A DNA stretch of 43,810 nucleotides from a virus (IMGVR_UViG_3300028797_000113), one strand, 5' to 3'; counted from the stretch's first letter, positions 1 through 9,854 are shown. The notes: generated from the letters alone by a model not told the origin. A program made the numbers and translations.

Positions 1-511
1 TAATGTTTCCGTGTGTATGACTTGTAGGTGTACGAGAGTCACTTAATCGTGTATCGTTGCCCATAACAACTTGTGTTGTACTTGCATTACCACTTGTCGG
101 AACATCCTTTGTTGATGCCGTACCTAATCCACTTACTTGTGTATTTGCGATTGCAATATCACTAAAGGTTGCAGATATTTGACCATTTGTTTCCGATAAC
201 GCAGTAACTGTTTTACTTGTACTCGGGGTGCCTATTGTTCCACCGTCAAGGGCATTTATTGCACTTGTAATATCGCTTGCTTTGGCAAATGACTCAAATG
301 TTCCTTTAGGTGTAAGGGCCGTAGAAGTGGTTGATCCATCAAAGGAAACCGACGTCCGGGCCACTTTATTACTATCCGAACTGTCAGTAACTACTAACTT
401 ATCCCCACTTGCAATAGTAATATCGTTGGTTTGTAATGTACCACCGTTTTGAATATTGCCATGAGTATGTGAAGTAGGTGTTCTCGCATCGCTTAAACGT
501 GAGTCATTACC
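1..511 (-). repeat. Two copies of an 18-aa fibre repeat GND[ST]RLSD[AS]RTPTSHTHGNI (about 1-61 and 451-511)
   Basis: Directly visible in the hand translation; the DNA copies are diverged at synonymous positions. Confidence 0.85.
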
Positions 512-1198
512 TTGACATGCTGTGTTCGCATCACTACCGTAAGTCACATTAACGGATACTTTATTACCAGTTGCATTAAAGCCTACTGTTGTACCAGTAC
601 CATTAACAAAGTCTACAGCACCAGTAGATATGGCATTACCTAATTTCTCAGTGCCATTAACTTTGATATTTCTCCAAGTATCTGATGTTGTTTCATCGCC
701 CGAAGGAATGAGTAACCAACTGTATGTTGAGCCAGACGGATTATATGATACAAATAAATCCCCTACTTTTGCAGCTTGACTTGCATATGTACCGTCTGTA
801 ATTACTTTGTAAGTATAACCCTCATTAGACGCTGAAGCAGTAGGCAAAGATGTAATTGTACCGCCCGTACCCAAAGTACCTTTCATTACCATAGGTTCGG
901 GAAGATTTGCTATTGCAGTATATACCGCACCAGATGTAACTAAGTCTGCACTTCCTGAAGTAACAGACGTTGTATAATCTTTTGCCGCCGCCGTTCCCAA
1001 AGTGGGTTTGTTCAAGATTTGAGCAAGTCCACTTGAAGCGTTCCAGTCACTTTGAGTATCTGTAAAGACGGCATTGCTGGGGACATCTTTTTCAACAGTG
1101 TGATTATTAACTGTTGCGGAATCGCCGTCGATGTCTCCGTGTATTTTATTTAAAAATCGGGCAACACCCGTAACAATTAAGTTATTTAACTGTGCCAA
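1..1198 (-). CDS. Tail fibre / receptor-binding protein, partial (runs off the window at base 1), TTG start
   Basis: Translated by hand: RBS GAAAGGAGG, TTG at 1196-1198, then an open frame MAQLNNLIVTGVARFLNKIHGDIDGDSATVNNHTVEKDVPSNAVFTDT... for 399 codons to the edge. It is Thr/Ser/Gly-rich with two GND[ST]RLSD[AS]RTPTSHTHGNI repeats. Not in the supplied ORF track. Confidence 0.85.
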   Translation of the reverse strand, partial: MAQLNNLIVTGVARFLNKIHGDIDGDSATVNNHTVEKDVPSNAVFTDTQSDWNASSGLAQILNKPTLGTAAAKDYTTSVTSGSADLVTSGAVYTAIANLPEPMVMKGTLGTGGTITSLPTASASNEGYTYKVITDGTYASQAAKVGDLFVSYNPSGSTYSWLLIPSGDETTSDTWRNIKVNGTEKLGNAISTGAVDFVNGTGTTVGFNATGNKVSVNVTYGSDANTACQGNDSRLSDARTPTSHTHGNIQNGGTLQTNDITIASGDKLVVTDSSDSNKVARTSVSFDGSTTSTALTPKGTFESFAKASDITSAINALDGGTIGTPSTSKTVTALSETNGQISATFSDIAIANTQVSGLGTASTKDVPTSGNASTTQVVMGNDTRLSDSRTPTSHTHGNI

Positions 1199-1215
1199 CT
1201 GTATGTCCTCCTTTC

Positions 1216-3627
1216 TTAAATTTCTTTAAATTCCTGAGATAAAATATAATTTTCGTTGCCAACCGCATATCCATATTTTACATATGGTGTAGCGTGATTT
1301 GATAATTCTATTTTTACATTTCTTAAAAACCATGTGCTTTTATTGGTGCTTGCAGGTTTATCAAAAGGTTGTACACCCAAAGTCAAGTTCCCATACTGTT
1401 GCCATCCCGTTGGGATTTCCCAAGTCATAACGGCTCTTTTGGGACCACCAGAATATTGTAAATAATTGGTAAATGGATATGTTGTTTGGGAAGTCCCAGA
1501 AGCATTAATACCAGTCATAGAACCGTGTATACCAAATCTAACATAATTATATGCGGTTTGACCCATTTCATCTGAGTATCTATCTCCCTCTGCACTTACA
1601 TCATAAGATAGCGTAAGAGACTCTCCAACATGTGCAGTAATAAATTCTGCTGGAATACTGGTATAGCCAGTCTTCTTCACACTGCTACTATATGTGACCA
1701 CACAATCTATGTTATTATCTAAAAGATTCGGATTGACTTGTTTCCCTATCTGAAAATCTCTATCAATTAAATCGTTTTCAATAATATTGGAAAACGAAGT
1801 TACGCCACCTTTATTTATATCTAAATTACTATCACTCTCTGAAATTTCATAGCAATAATAATTTTTCTTATTATCTACTGAAGCAGAAACTTGATACAAT
1901 GCTTTTATGTCGTCTGCCGACAATGCAGTTGCATAAATTCTTACGTCTGAAATATCTCCAACATATAAAGAAGTTTCCATTCCAGTCGCTGATGCTTCTG
2001 CCGCAATACATAAATAATTAGACGCATACTGTATTACACTTGTGGAAGAAACCGAAGCCGTAGACTCTAATTCTCCGTCAATATATAATTTCACACTAAT
2101 GCCGTCAAAAGTACCAGTAATCAAATGCCAATCATTTAAAATTTGAGCCACCGTCGTTGTAGACTCTTGAGACACATAACCTGTTCCATTTACATAAACG
2201 TAAAAAAGAATGCCATTAGTCCCTTGTTTAATACTCCATCCGCCACTCTGAGTACAACTAATAGGTCTATCCCAAGTGGAACATTTTACCCATAAACTAA
2301 CAGTAATTGCATCTTTAGGAAGATAATTATTGACCGTTTGTTGACCTATAAGATATTGGTTTTTTATAAAATGCATACAATTACTATTTCTCACACTACC
2401 ATCCGTAATAGTAGGACTACCTACTGCCGTCGAATGATTATTATATCCACTGGTATCATAGATGGTTGTATCATTTACATCTGCCATAGATAAAGTGTAA
2501 GGTGTGGTTTTATCCCCAGCCTCAATCTTTATCTTGCGAATACTAATATCACCATTTTGGACTAACTGAAACGAAAATTGCGTATAAGAATAAACTGCCC
2601 CACTGGTGTATATTTGCATCATATGTGCTTGTGAAAAGAACTTTGATATTCTTGTCCATTTTCCACTTTCCACATTTGATAAGTCCCAAGTGGGTTCTAT
2701 CCAACCTATTCTTGTACCATTCTCTTGGTAGATTTGCAATGCCCCCAGACATTTATGATTTATTGCAGACACGTCAGGTGTGTATAAATCAAAAGAAACT
2801 GTAACACCATTAGGGTAGTTATTTCCGTCTACTCTCAAAGTAGGAATAAGCCTCTGCCAATTGTTCGTGGTTGCACCAGTTCTGCTATAACTGTACATAT
2901 ACGAACCATCATCTGATACACTTTTAGTCCAACCATTTGCGGCTGTCCAACCAGTAAAATCAAGGCTATTATCAACCATATTAGGCACACCCATACCGTT
3001 ATTATTAAGCGGATAGTGTACAACAAGGCCTTTTGCAAGTTCTTTGATTTCTTTTACAGAAAGAGCGTGATCGTAGATACGTAAATCATTCATACTACCT
3101 TTATAATCAACTATTGTGCCACTTCTGTAATCGTCACCTACTCTTATTTTGGCAGTTGATGTTCGTGTACTAAACCCACCACTTTGAGTGTGGGTATATA
3201 TCAGAGTTCCATTAACATAGAATTTAGCTTGTTCTGCTGTTTTTGTAATCACAACATGACTCCACTGATTTACAGGAAGCGTATTAGTCGGTTGAATATC
3301 AGGGGAACCATTCCACCATAACCTTATTCTTAAAGTTGCGGTCAATTCAAAAGAAACATTACCCGAACCAGCCGCACTATATTCAGAAATAATTATTCCT
3401 CTTTTAGCTTCAGTAGGCTTTAACCACACGGCATAAGAAAAATCATTATTATAAAATGGTCCCAATGCCTTATCAAACTCAAGATATTGCTCATTACCAC
3501 TAAAGGCATAGCATTTTCCTAATTTGCCTGCATTGTCAACCGTTGCACCATTGTTTGTGACTGTTAAATCTTCAAGACCGTTATTCCTTAAATCGCCACA
3601 AAGAGGTAGCCATACTCTTAAACTCAT
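1216..3627 (-). CDS. Receptor-binding/tail protein with two LamG (concanavalin A-like) domains and two carbohydrate-binding-like modules
   Basis: LamG signatures VWLPL/VHYPL, WSHVVITK..AKFYVNG, WHLITGTFDG..VKLYIDG, and the terminal motifs NDLRIYDHALS and SDVRIYATALS. CBM-like endings KIKIEAGDKTTPY and NVKIELSNHATPY. RBS AGGAGG. Confidence 0.8.
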   Translation of the reverse strand: MSLRVWLPLCGDLRNNGLEDLTVTNNGATVDNAGKLGKCYAFSGNEQYLEFDKALGPFYNNDFSYAVWLKPTEAKRGIIISEYSAAGSGNVSFELTATLRIRLWWNGSPDIQPTNTLPVNQWSHVVITKTAEQAKFYVNGTLIYTHTQSGGFSTRTSTAKIRVGDDYRSGTIVDYKGSMNDLRIYDHALSVKEIKELAKGLVVHYPLNNNGMGVPNMVDNSLDFTGWTAANGWTKSVSDDGSYMYSYSRTGATTNNWQRLIPTLRVDGNNYPNGVTVSFDLYTPDVSAINHKCLGALQIYQENGTRIGWIEPTWDLSNVESGKWTRISKFFSQAHMMQIYTSGAVYSYTQFSFQLVQNGDISIRKIKIEAGDKTTPYTLSMADVNDTTIYDTSGYNNHSTAVGSPTITDGSVRNSNCMHFIKNQYLIGQQTVNNYLPKDAITVSLWVKCSTWDRPISCTQSGGWSIKQGTNGILFYVYVNGTGYVSQESTTTVAQILNDWHLITGTFDGISVKLYIDGELESTASVSSTSVIQYASNYLCIAAEASATGMETSLYVGDISDVRIYATALSADDIKALYQVSASVDNKKNYYCYEISESDSNLDINKGGVTSFSNIIENDLIDRDFQIGKQVNPNLLDNNIDCVVTYSSSVKKTGYTSIPAEFITAHVGESLTLSYDVSAEGDRYSDEMGQTAYNYVRFGIHGSMTGINASGTSQTTYPFTNYLQYSGGPKRAVMTWEIPTGWQQYGNLTLGVQPFDKPASTNKSTWFLRNVKIELSNHATPYVKYGYAVGNENYILSQEFKEI

Positions 3628-3639
3628 ATAACTACCTCC

Positions 3640-5100
3640 TTATTCGAATACAAAATCTAAACTTTCTGTTGTTGTGTTGAATTGTAATGTGACACCATTA
3701 TTAATCGTTGTCTTAGTCATCTTAACTGCACCAGTGCTGGGTTGACATTCAAAATTAGGAATGGCATATACTTCTCCAGTCATAGTATTAACTGCCTGAC
3801 CAGAAGTTCCATATTGACCACCAAGTATTACTTTACGCCAAGAATCAGTGGTTGTTGCACTCTGTCTTACCTGAGTATCACTAAAACTCGCATTTGCGGG
3901 TACGTCTGCATTGACAACGTGACCATTGGTTAATTCAACCAATTTGGTACCGTCATACTTATACCAAGGGTTATCTTCATAAAGAACTATTCTACAGCTG
4001 GAAGTCGTACTATCATACACACCGCCAACTAATACATAAATTTTATCTGTTGCATTAGGTGTTTGTGTCCACCATACTTGGTCAAGATAAAATAAACCAT
4101 CTGTTGAATTAATAGTACCCACAAGATAAACAGGAGCATATGGTGTCAAACTATTAGCAGTTAGCGTTACATTAAAGCAATATCTCGCATCAAATAATTG
4201 AGCCATACGTGACCTTGCAGAACCCCAACTACTAATGTTTGTATTGGCATTATAATTAGCACTTGAATAATAGATAGTTCCACCAACTAAAAATCCATTG
4301 GTATTGGCTAATTTTGTTGTGGCTGTAGTTCTATTAGCATTTGTGGCAGTTCCATCAGAAGCGGTACATATATTCTGATATGTCTTGTTTCCGTCTTGCA
4401 TAAATAATGAACCAGCCCAAATGCCTTGAGCGCCAGTCTTTGCACCAAAATAAACCAAAATAGCATCATAGGTGTCGCTGTCACCGGACTCTTGTAAGCC
4501 TCTTGAGTTAGCGTTTGGAGCAGATAAAGAACCATAGTTAGTAGTTCCTGTTCCGGGCCAACTTGCCCACTTGACAGGTGTATCAAGTATGGTTACAGTA
4601 CAATTTTCACACTCATAATAATCTATCTCAAAAGTCCTGTAATTGTTTGCCGTAGTAGGTGCATTACCATTGTAAATACTTATTCCAATTGCGTGTCCAT
4701 ATCCAGCATTAAACCCAGCCTGTTTTAACGGATAGAATGTGATATAAGTATGTGCTGTTGTACTTTGCTCATTCCAATTGGCATAAATCAAACCGTCTGT
4801 TCTGCCACAATAAGTTGCCCAAGTATATGAAAACCAGTTAGCCTGATTAGGGCAAGACGTTTTAACCTTAAATTTGACTCTCCAAGGTTTATACCAAGCG
4901 TCAGGTTTTACAGACATAAAGTACCAAGTTGCATTTGCATAATCATTGGATGTTGCATAGTAACTCGTACTTGCATAAGTCTTACTGATAAGAGGTTTTA
5001 AGTCCTCATCGTGATGCCAATGAGAACTTAAAGAACCACTGTTATCTTTGAGATTATAGGTTGTATTATCGGGCAATTTTACTTGTGTTATATTTGCCAT
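3640..5100 (-). CDS. Tail fibre-like protein
   Basis: Thr/Asn/Tyr-rich. N-terminus resembles that of 5118..6134; C-terminal NGHVVNADVPANASFSDT motif is shared with the fibre at 1..1198. Lies in the fibre cluster; RBS AAAGGGGG. Confidence 0.65.
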   Translation of the reverse strand: MANITQVKLPDNTTYNLKDNSGSLSSHWHHDEDLKPLISKTYASTSYYATSNDYANATWYFMSVKPDAWYKPWRVKFKVKTSCPNQANWFSYTWATYCGRTDGLIYANWNEQSTTAHTYITFYPLKQAGFNAGYGHAIGISIYNGNAPTTANNYRTFEIDYYECENCTVTILDTPVKWASWPGTGTTNYGSLSAPNANSRGLQESGDSDTYDAILVYFGAKTGAQGIWAGSLFMQDGNKTYQNICTASDGTATNANRTTATTKLANTNGFLVGGTIYYSSANYNANTNISSWGSARSRMAQLFDARYCFNVTLTANSLTPYAPVYLVGTINSTDGLFYLDQVWWTQTPNATDKIYVLVGGVYDSTTSSCRIVLYEDNPWYKYDGTKLVELTNGHVVNADVPANASFSDTQVRQSATTTDSWRKVILGGQYGTSGQAVNTMTGEVYAIPNFECQPSTGAVKMTKTTINNGVTLQFNTTTESLDFVFE

Positions 5101-5117
5101 TTAAAATACCCCCTTTA

Positions 5118-6134
5118 TTAACTTACTGTAATTGTTGCCGCATTACCACTAAATGTAGGTGCTGATACATTACCAGTAGGTGTAACAGTGCCATTAATTT
5201 GAACCGTTGTACCAGTGAATGTAGGTGTTGATACATTACCAGTAGGTGTACCACTAACGCTAAGTGTTGCTTCCGTACCACCGAACTGTAAAGCATTAGG
5301 AACTGCGATATTACCAGTAACAAGTCTTACGCCGTTACCACTAAATGTCGGGTCTGTAATTTGGTTTACGCCCGTTGCAACCGTTGTTGCACTTCCAATT
5401 CCCGGAAGCGTACCAGCATTGAAGTTACTGTTAGATATAGTTAAAACTTCCGTTACTGCATTTACAGTAAATACGGGGAATATAGTTGTCGGGTCCCAAG
5501 TAGGTAAAGTACCTTGAGATGTCATACCTTTAATACTCGTAGTATTTAAAGTAACAGCGGTTCCCGAACATACACCAGCGGGTGTGTAAGTATTAGCACC
5601 GCTTGCAGCGGGACTAACTGTCGCCGTCCTATTTTGGTTGCCAGTAATTGTTACACTACCTGCGGGAGTATAGTTGCCCGTCGAAGTTAAAGCGTCGCCA
5701 GAAAATGTAGGTTTATTAAGCGTACCGTGGGGTGTATAGTTACCGCTCGAATTGTTTGTTGCGGTAATTGTAACCGAACTCGGATCACCAGTAAATGTGG
5801 GTTTCGAAACAGTACCTGAAGGTGTATAAGAACCCGAAGCACTGTCTTTATATGCTAAAGCACCTAAGCCACTCAAGTCACCGAACTCTTGCCATACACT
5901 ACCATTGTAAATAAACTCTTTACTTTGATAGTTTGCGATATTGCCTTTCTTAGCAGTTACGCTTTGGCCTTCAATGGTAATCGGGTTTGTGGTACATCCG
6001 TCTGTTAACACGGTAGTTGTAACACCTAAATAATCTGTATATTGTTGCAATTCTGCAATTAAATCTCTTGCCCCTTGGTCAACTATGTCATAAGTATTAC
6101 CACTGGGTAAAGTAATCTGTTTAATGTTAGGCAT
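5118..6134 (-). CDS. Tail fibre-like protein with YTPxG / PTFxG repeats
   Basis: Repeated TPxGxVxxPTF[ST]G units, very Thr/Gly-rich; RBS AAGGAGG. Confidence 0.65.
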   Translation of the reverse strand: MPNIKQITLPSGNTYDIVDQGARDLIAELQQYTDYLGVTTTVLTDGCTTNPITIEGQSVTAKKGNIANYQSKEFIYNGSVWQEFGDLSGLGALAYKDSASGSYTPSGTVSKPTFTGDPSSVTITATNNSSGNYTPHGTLNKPTFSGDALTSTGNYTPAGSVTITGNQNRTATVSPAASGANTYTPAGVCSGTAVTLNTTSIKGMTSQGTLPTWDPTTIFPVFTVNAVTEVLTISNSNFNAGTLPGIGSATTVATGVNQITDPTFSGNGVRLVTGNIAVPNALQFGGTEATLSVSGTPTGNVSTPTFTGTTVQINGTVTPTGNVSAPTFSGNAATITVS

Positions 6135-6144
6135 AATGTCCTCC

Positions 6145-6531
6145 TTACTCTGTTGTTAAAACGAGAATCTCATCTTCAAGTATCTGAGATTCATCACAAG
6201 ATAATTTACCGTTCCAGAAAGTCTTTTCTGTTGTGTTTGTATGAATTGTTAAGTCATCAATATGATTCATTAACATAGATGTGTTGTCCGTTATAAACGG
6301 CATATCAATAAGATACGAAGCGCCATCTCCCACTTTTAAAGCTGGTATTGGATCACCAGTATCGGGATTGTGGTCGTGGTCTGTATATACATAAATCGTA
6401 TTCGCATCAGAAACTAATTGAGCCTGCGAGTTCCAGTTTGCTTCTGTATCTTTTAATATCTTTGGGATAATCGCATCTAGTCTTGTCTTAAACCTCTGCA
6501 AGTGAGGTTTATCTACTAATCCTAATCCCAT
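6145..6531 (-). CDS. Small tail-associated protein with an Mtd-N/hyaluronidase-N-like motif
   Basis: PALKVGDGASYLIDMPF resembles the KxGDGxxxxxxLP[YF] motif of fibre-anchoring N-terminal domains; RBS GGGAGG. Confidence 0.5.
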   Translation of the reverse strand: MGLGLVDKPHLQRFKTRLDAIIPKILKDTEANWNSQAQLVSDANTIYVYTDHDHNPDTGDPIPALKVGDGASYLIDMPFITDNTSMLMNHIDDLTIHTNTTEKTFWNGKLSCDESQILEDEILVLTTE

Positions 6532-6543
6532 AATAAACCTCCC

Positions 6544-8667
6544 TTATCGTAAGTCTTCGTCGCCGTATAAATCGCCATTTAAGAAACCACTCATATACTT
6601 GTAAGTCATCTTATCACACTCGCCCGGTTGACGTTTATAGAGTGAATAGAATGTGTACATCTGAATAGTTGTGGTTCCGTTTTCAAAATCGTGAGAAACG
6701 CTCTGTATAATATAATCATTCTTAATCTTAGAGCCTTTCTTCTTGTAGTCGATTTTCATATAAGGCTTAGCAAACGGCATAAGTTTAGTTGTAATCGTTA
6801 TATTGTCTGTTAATCTTGAGTTTTTCCAGTTTTCATACTGCGCACGTTCAAGAGCCAACTCGTTGGAAGTAATGTTATTAAACTCTCCGTCGCTCTTCAT
6901 GTCCAGAAGTTCGCCCAATTTCTGTACTACATAAGGAGAGTTAGGACACAAGGTTAAAGACACCGTGTCGCAGTTATAGAAAAGTTCAAAATATCTCTGT
7001 GAATATTTATTTACCCATTGCCCGATGCCTGTTACTGGGTCTATATATTGTACCAGTTCTCCAGTGTTTCCGTCTGTTAACACATCGAGAGCGTGTGATT
7101 GTGCGACGCCAACATACCACCATTGGAAATTATAATCTTCAAATTCGGGGCGATATATTCTAACCAATTGGAATACGTGAATATGTGTGCTGTCCAAAAT
7201 GCCTTCTTCGAGTATCTCTCGGGTTTCATTATCGACGATTCCCAAAGGCTCAAGGTCATTAACTTGCATAAAGTCCCACCATTCATATTCTCCCGCAGAA
7301 CTATTTTCAAAGCGAACGCCTATTCTCTTTCCGTTCTGATATTTCGTAAAGCCTTCACACATGATGACAAATCTTCCATGACCACCGCCATATGTTTGGT
7401 CAATGCGTTCGAATACGAATTGTCCACCTACCTGTCCATAGGTCAACTGCATTATAACAGTTCCGGGAGGATATGCCGTATTACCGAAAAACTCTTGTCT
7501 GGTAGCAATGAATTGCAGCGTACCACTTCCGCTTCCGTTGGGAGTATATTTAATTCTTATGCCATGGTAGTCTTTCTCAAGGCTTGAGTTCGCATATATA
7601 TTATATGTCTGAGTTTCCGTTGACGCAGAAGTCCATTCTACTCTGACGCTGGCTTGATAAATATTCTCTTCCGTTGTTCCAGCATAAATATAATATGTGA
7701 TTAATCCACCTTTTCGTACGCCTTCGGCATAATAGTCGGCATCCAGAGCAGAACCCCAGACTTCACATACGTTTCTAACCTTCGTTAAATCTGTCGTTTC
7801 TTGTTCGGATATAAGCATATCCATATAGTCTTCATAATAAAAGTCGTTTTCTTCTGAAAACTCTGTGGGGATCATCTCTACTCTCAGAACACCATCTTCG
7901 TCATATCCAGCGTCATAAGCGGGGTAGAGAGTAACTAATTCATCGAGAACTTCCCATACGGTTGCACCCGCAGAGAACTCAAGGTCATACGGGATTTTAT
8001 TCCATAACGGATGTTTCTTCCTGTACTCTTGATACCCAGTACCACTTTGAGGCATACCGTAATACTCACCTATATCTTGCACGTAATAATTATCTACGTG
8101 TGCAGATTTTAAAGTGTCGATTACTGCTTGTTTAATCGTGGTATAAGCAATAGGCTGCCCGGTCTCAGGGTCTTCTTCATAAGCCTGATAAATGGTGCTT
8201 AATGCGCCACCTATCTGTCCGTTTGTTGTGCCGTCTAATTGTACGGCAAGGTCGGAGAGTTCAATACTTAAGAGGTTGTTCGAAGCGTCAAAAGTAACAT
8301 TTGCATTGTTGTATATAAAAGTACCCATCTTATACCAACGATATGTGCCCTTATAAGAATAGCCATTATGCGTTGTAGTATTGTTTTTATTACTTCTTTG
8401 GTCTAATATACCAACGCAAACTTCAACCCTTTTATTGAGCCAAATAAGAGACTCTTCGCCTATGTTATTAATTTCTTCTGAAGGTGTCAGGCTGAAAGAA
8501 GCCGTTCTCTTTACAGCCGAACCTGAATCTATATTTGTATCACCACCGTTAACTATTCCAGATAATCGTGTGACATCAGTTCCATCGCTATTCTTAACAA
8601 GCACTTCGACTTGTACTTGAATAACGTGTTGTTTTACTATTCGCCAATCTGATTGAGATATTGCCAT
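6544..8667 (-). CDS. Baseplate hub / tail tip protein (DUF5048-like)
   Basis: Lies three genes downstream of the TMP. Motifs KRTASFSL, WLNKRVEVCVG, WYKMGTFI, YIIQSVSHDF are typical of hub-type tail proteins. Start moved to MAISQ (8667) because of the RBS GGAGTGGGG. Confidence 0.6.
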   Translation of the reverse strand: MAISQSDWRIVKQHVIQVQVEVLVKNSDGTDVTRLSGIVNGGDTNIDSGSAVKRTASFSLTPSEEINNIGEESLIWLNKRVEVCVGILDQRSNKNNTTTHNGYSYKGTYRWYKMGTFIYNNANVTFDASNNLLSIELSDLAVQLDGTTNGQIGGALSTIYQAYEEDPETGQPIAYTTIKQAVIDTLKSAHVDNYYVQDIGEYYGMPQSGTGYQEYRKKHPLWNKIPYDLEFSAGATVWEVLDELVTLYPAYDAGYDEDGVLRVEMIPTEFSEENDFYYEDYMDMLISEQETTDLTKVRNVCEVWGSALDADYYAEGVRKGGLITYYIYAGTTEENIYQASVRVEWTSASTETQTYNIYANSSLEKDYHGIRIKYTPNGSGSGTLQFIATRQEFFGNTAYPPGTVIMQLTYGQVGGQFVFERIDQTYGGGHGRFVIMCEGFTKYQNGKRIGVRFENSSAGEYEWWDFMQVNDLEPLGIVDNETREILEEGILDSTHIHVFQLVRIYRPEFEDYNFQWWYVGVAQSHALDVLTDGNTGELVQYIDPVTGIGQWVNKYSQRYFELFYNCDTVSLTLCPNSPYVVQKLGELLDMKSDGEFNNITSNELALERAQYENWKNSRLTDNITITTKLMPFAKPYMKIDYKKKGSKIKNDYIIQSVSHDFENGTTTIQMYTFYSLYKRQPGECDKMTYKYMSGFLNGDLYGDEDLR

Positions 8668-8669
8668 AT

Positions 8670-9449
8670 TTATACCCCACTCCAAAAGTCCTCAGGAACA
8701 TTGATTAACTTATTCTCATATAAGTCTGCTTCCGAATCAACATCTCCGATTTCAAGCCATCCAAATTCAATCTGTCTTGCTCCGTCAATTTCTGCTTGAC
8801 TAAACAAACTTGAATCTGTTATGCCATCCGTCTTAATTCCTACCATCCACATTTCACCAGAAACACTCTTGATAATCTTTGCATTTCCTTCAGTAAGGAA
8901 ATCTTTGAAACTTCTTCTGTATTTCCAGTTGTGTTCGGTTTCAAACGTGATGTTGTTTTCAGGCCCGGTCATCTCTAAGAATGTACCAGTGCAAGTTCCT
9001 TCGTCATAATTGATAGCAGTTACATTGTAGTAACTGGGCTTTCTGGAATAGATTGGCTGATTAACGGCGTATGGTTTTATCGTGTTAAAGTTTATTGGAG
9101 AAATATTTAACGGAGAGTACCAAATAGCATTCGCATCGCAGACCACCAGAACATCGAATTGTGATGCAACATTCACGGTTTCTTCTGCGATCATATTGCC
9201 GTCGGCGTTTAAATAAACCACCTTGTATTGATACGTGTAATTATTTCTACAATATCTGTCTTCATAAGTAAATTGTAATTGAGTAGTGTTACCAATGCTT
9301 TTTGTGTACACAGAGGTAAACGCAAATTCACTTGATATTTTTCTCTTTAAAACAAGTCTTTTGACATCGGTGTATGAATCATCTCCGTTGGATGTAATAG
9401 TGATATATCCATAGTGCGGATGGTTCACAGCATTTAAAGTAATTGCCAT
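8670..9449 (-). CDS. Distal tail / baseplate protein (beta-sandwich N-terminus)
   Basis: Position after the TMP; beta-rich Fn3-like N-half (LKRK...YEDRYCRNNYTYQYKV); RBS AAAGGAGG. Confidence 0.5.
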   Translation of the reverse strand: MAITLNAVNHPHYGYITITSNGDDSYTDVKRLVLKRKISSEFAFTSVYTKSIGNTTQLQFTYEDRYCRNNYTYQYKVVYLNADGNMIAEETVNVASQFDVLVVCDANAIWYSPLNISPINFNTIKPYAVNQPIYSRKPSYYNVTAINYDEGTCTGTFLEMTGPENNITFETEHNWKYRRSFKDFLTEGNAKIIKSVSGEMWMVGIKTDGITDSSLFSQAEIDGARQIEFGWLEIGDVDSEADLYENKLINVPEDFWSGV

Positions 9450-9463
9450 TCGTTTCCTCCTTT

Positions 9464-9832
9464 CTAATAGATACCAAACATGGCGTCTATTTCAGCATTA
9501 GTTATAATATCTTGTGGTGTAATTGACGAACCCGGTCCGTAACTACCACTACCATCGTTCTTTGTTATTTTTGAGTCACCAGTTCTACTACCGATGATAA
9601 ACTTTTTATTGAAGTCGCCATTAGGACAATGAATCCAGACTTGATCGCCACGTTTAAAGGCAACGCCACTGGCATTCGGTATCTTATAACTTGTCTTCTC
9701 GATAGTAACGTGATACACTCCTTCTTCGTCGGCATATTCGATAACACCGCCGATGTCCATATCCATTAAATGTTTGGTTCGTTGTTCTATGGCATAGTCT
9801 ATGGTTTTTAATATATTATCTGTTACCGACAT
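9464..9832 (-). CDS. Small baseplate protein, possible OB-fold
   Basis: First gene after the TMP; GVYHVTI...FKRGDQVWIHCPNGDFNKKFIIG pattern. Start moved to MSVTD (9832) using the RBS GGAAAGGA. Confidence 0.45.
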   Translation of the reverse strand: MSVTDNILKTIDYAIEQRTKHLMDMDIGGVIEYADEEGVYHVTIEKTSYKIPNASGVAFKRGDQVWIHCPNGDFNKKFIIGSRTGDSKITKNDGSGSYGPGSSITPQDIITNAEIDAMFGIY

Positions 9833-9854
9833 AATTATCCTTTCCAAAAGAATA

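Noticed and set aside
1-6134. Diversity-generating retroelement target or invertible fibre cassette
   Set aside because: There is no reverse transcriptase or invertase in the window, and I found no adenine-specific near-duplicate (TR/VR) or flanking inverted repeats. A TR elsewhere in the genome cannot be excluded.
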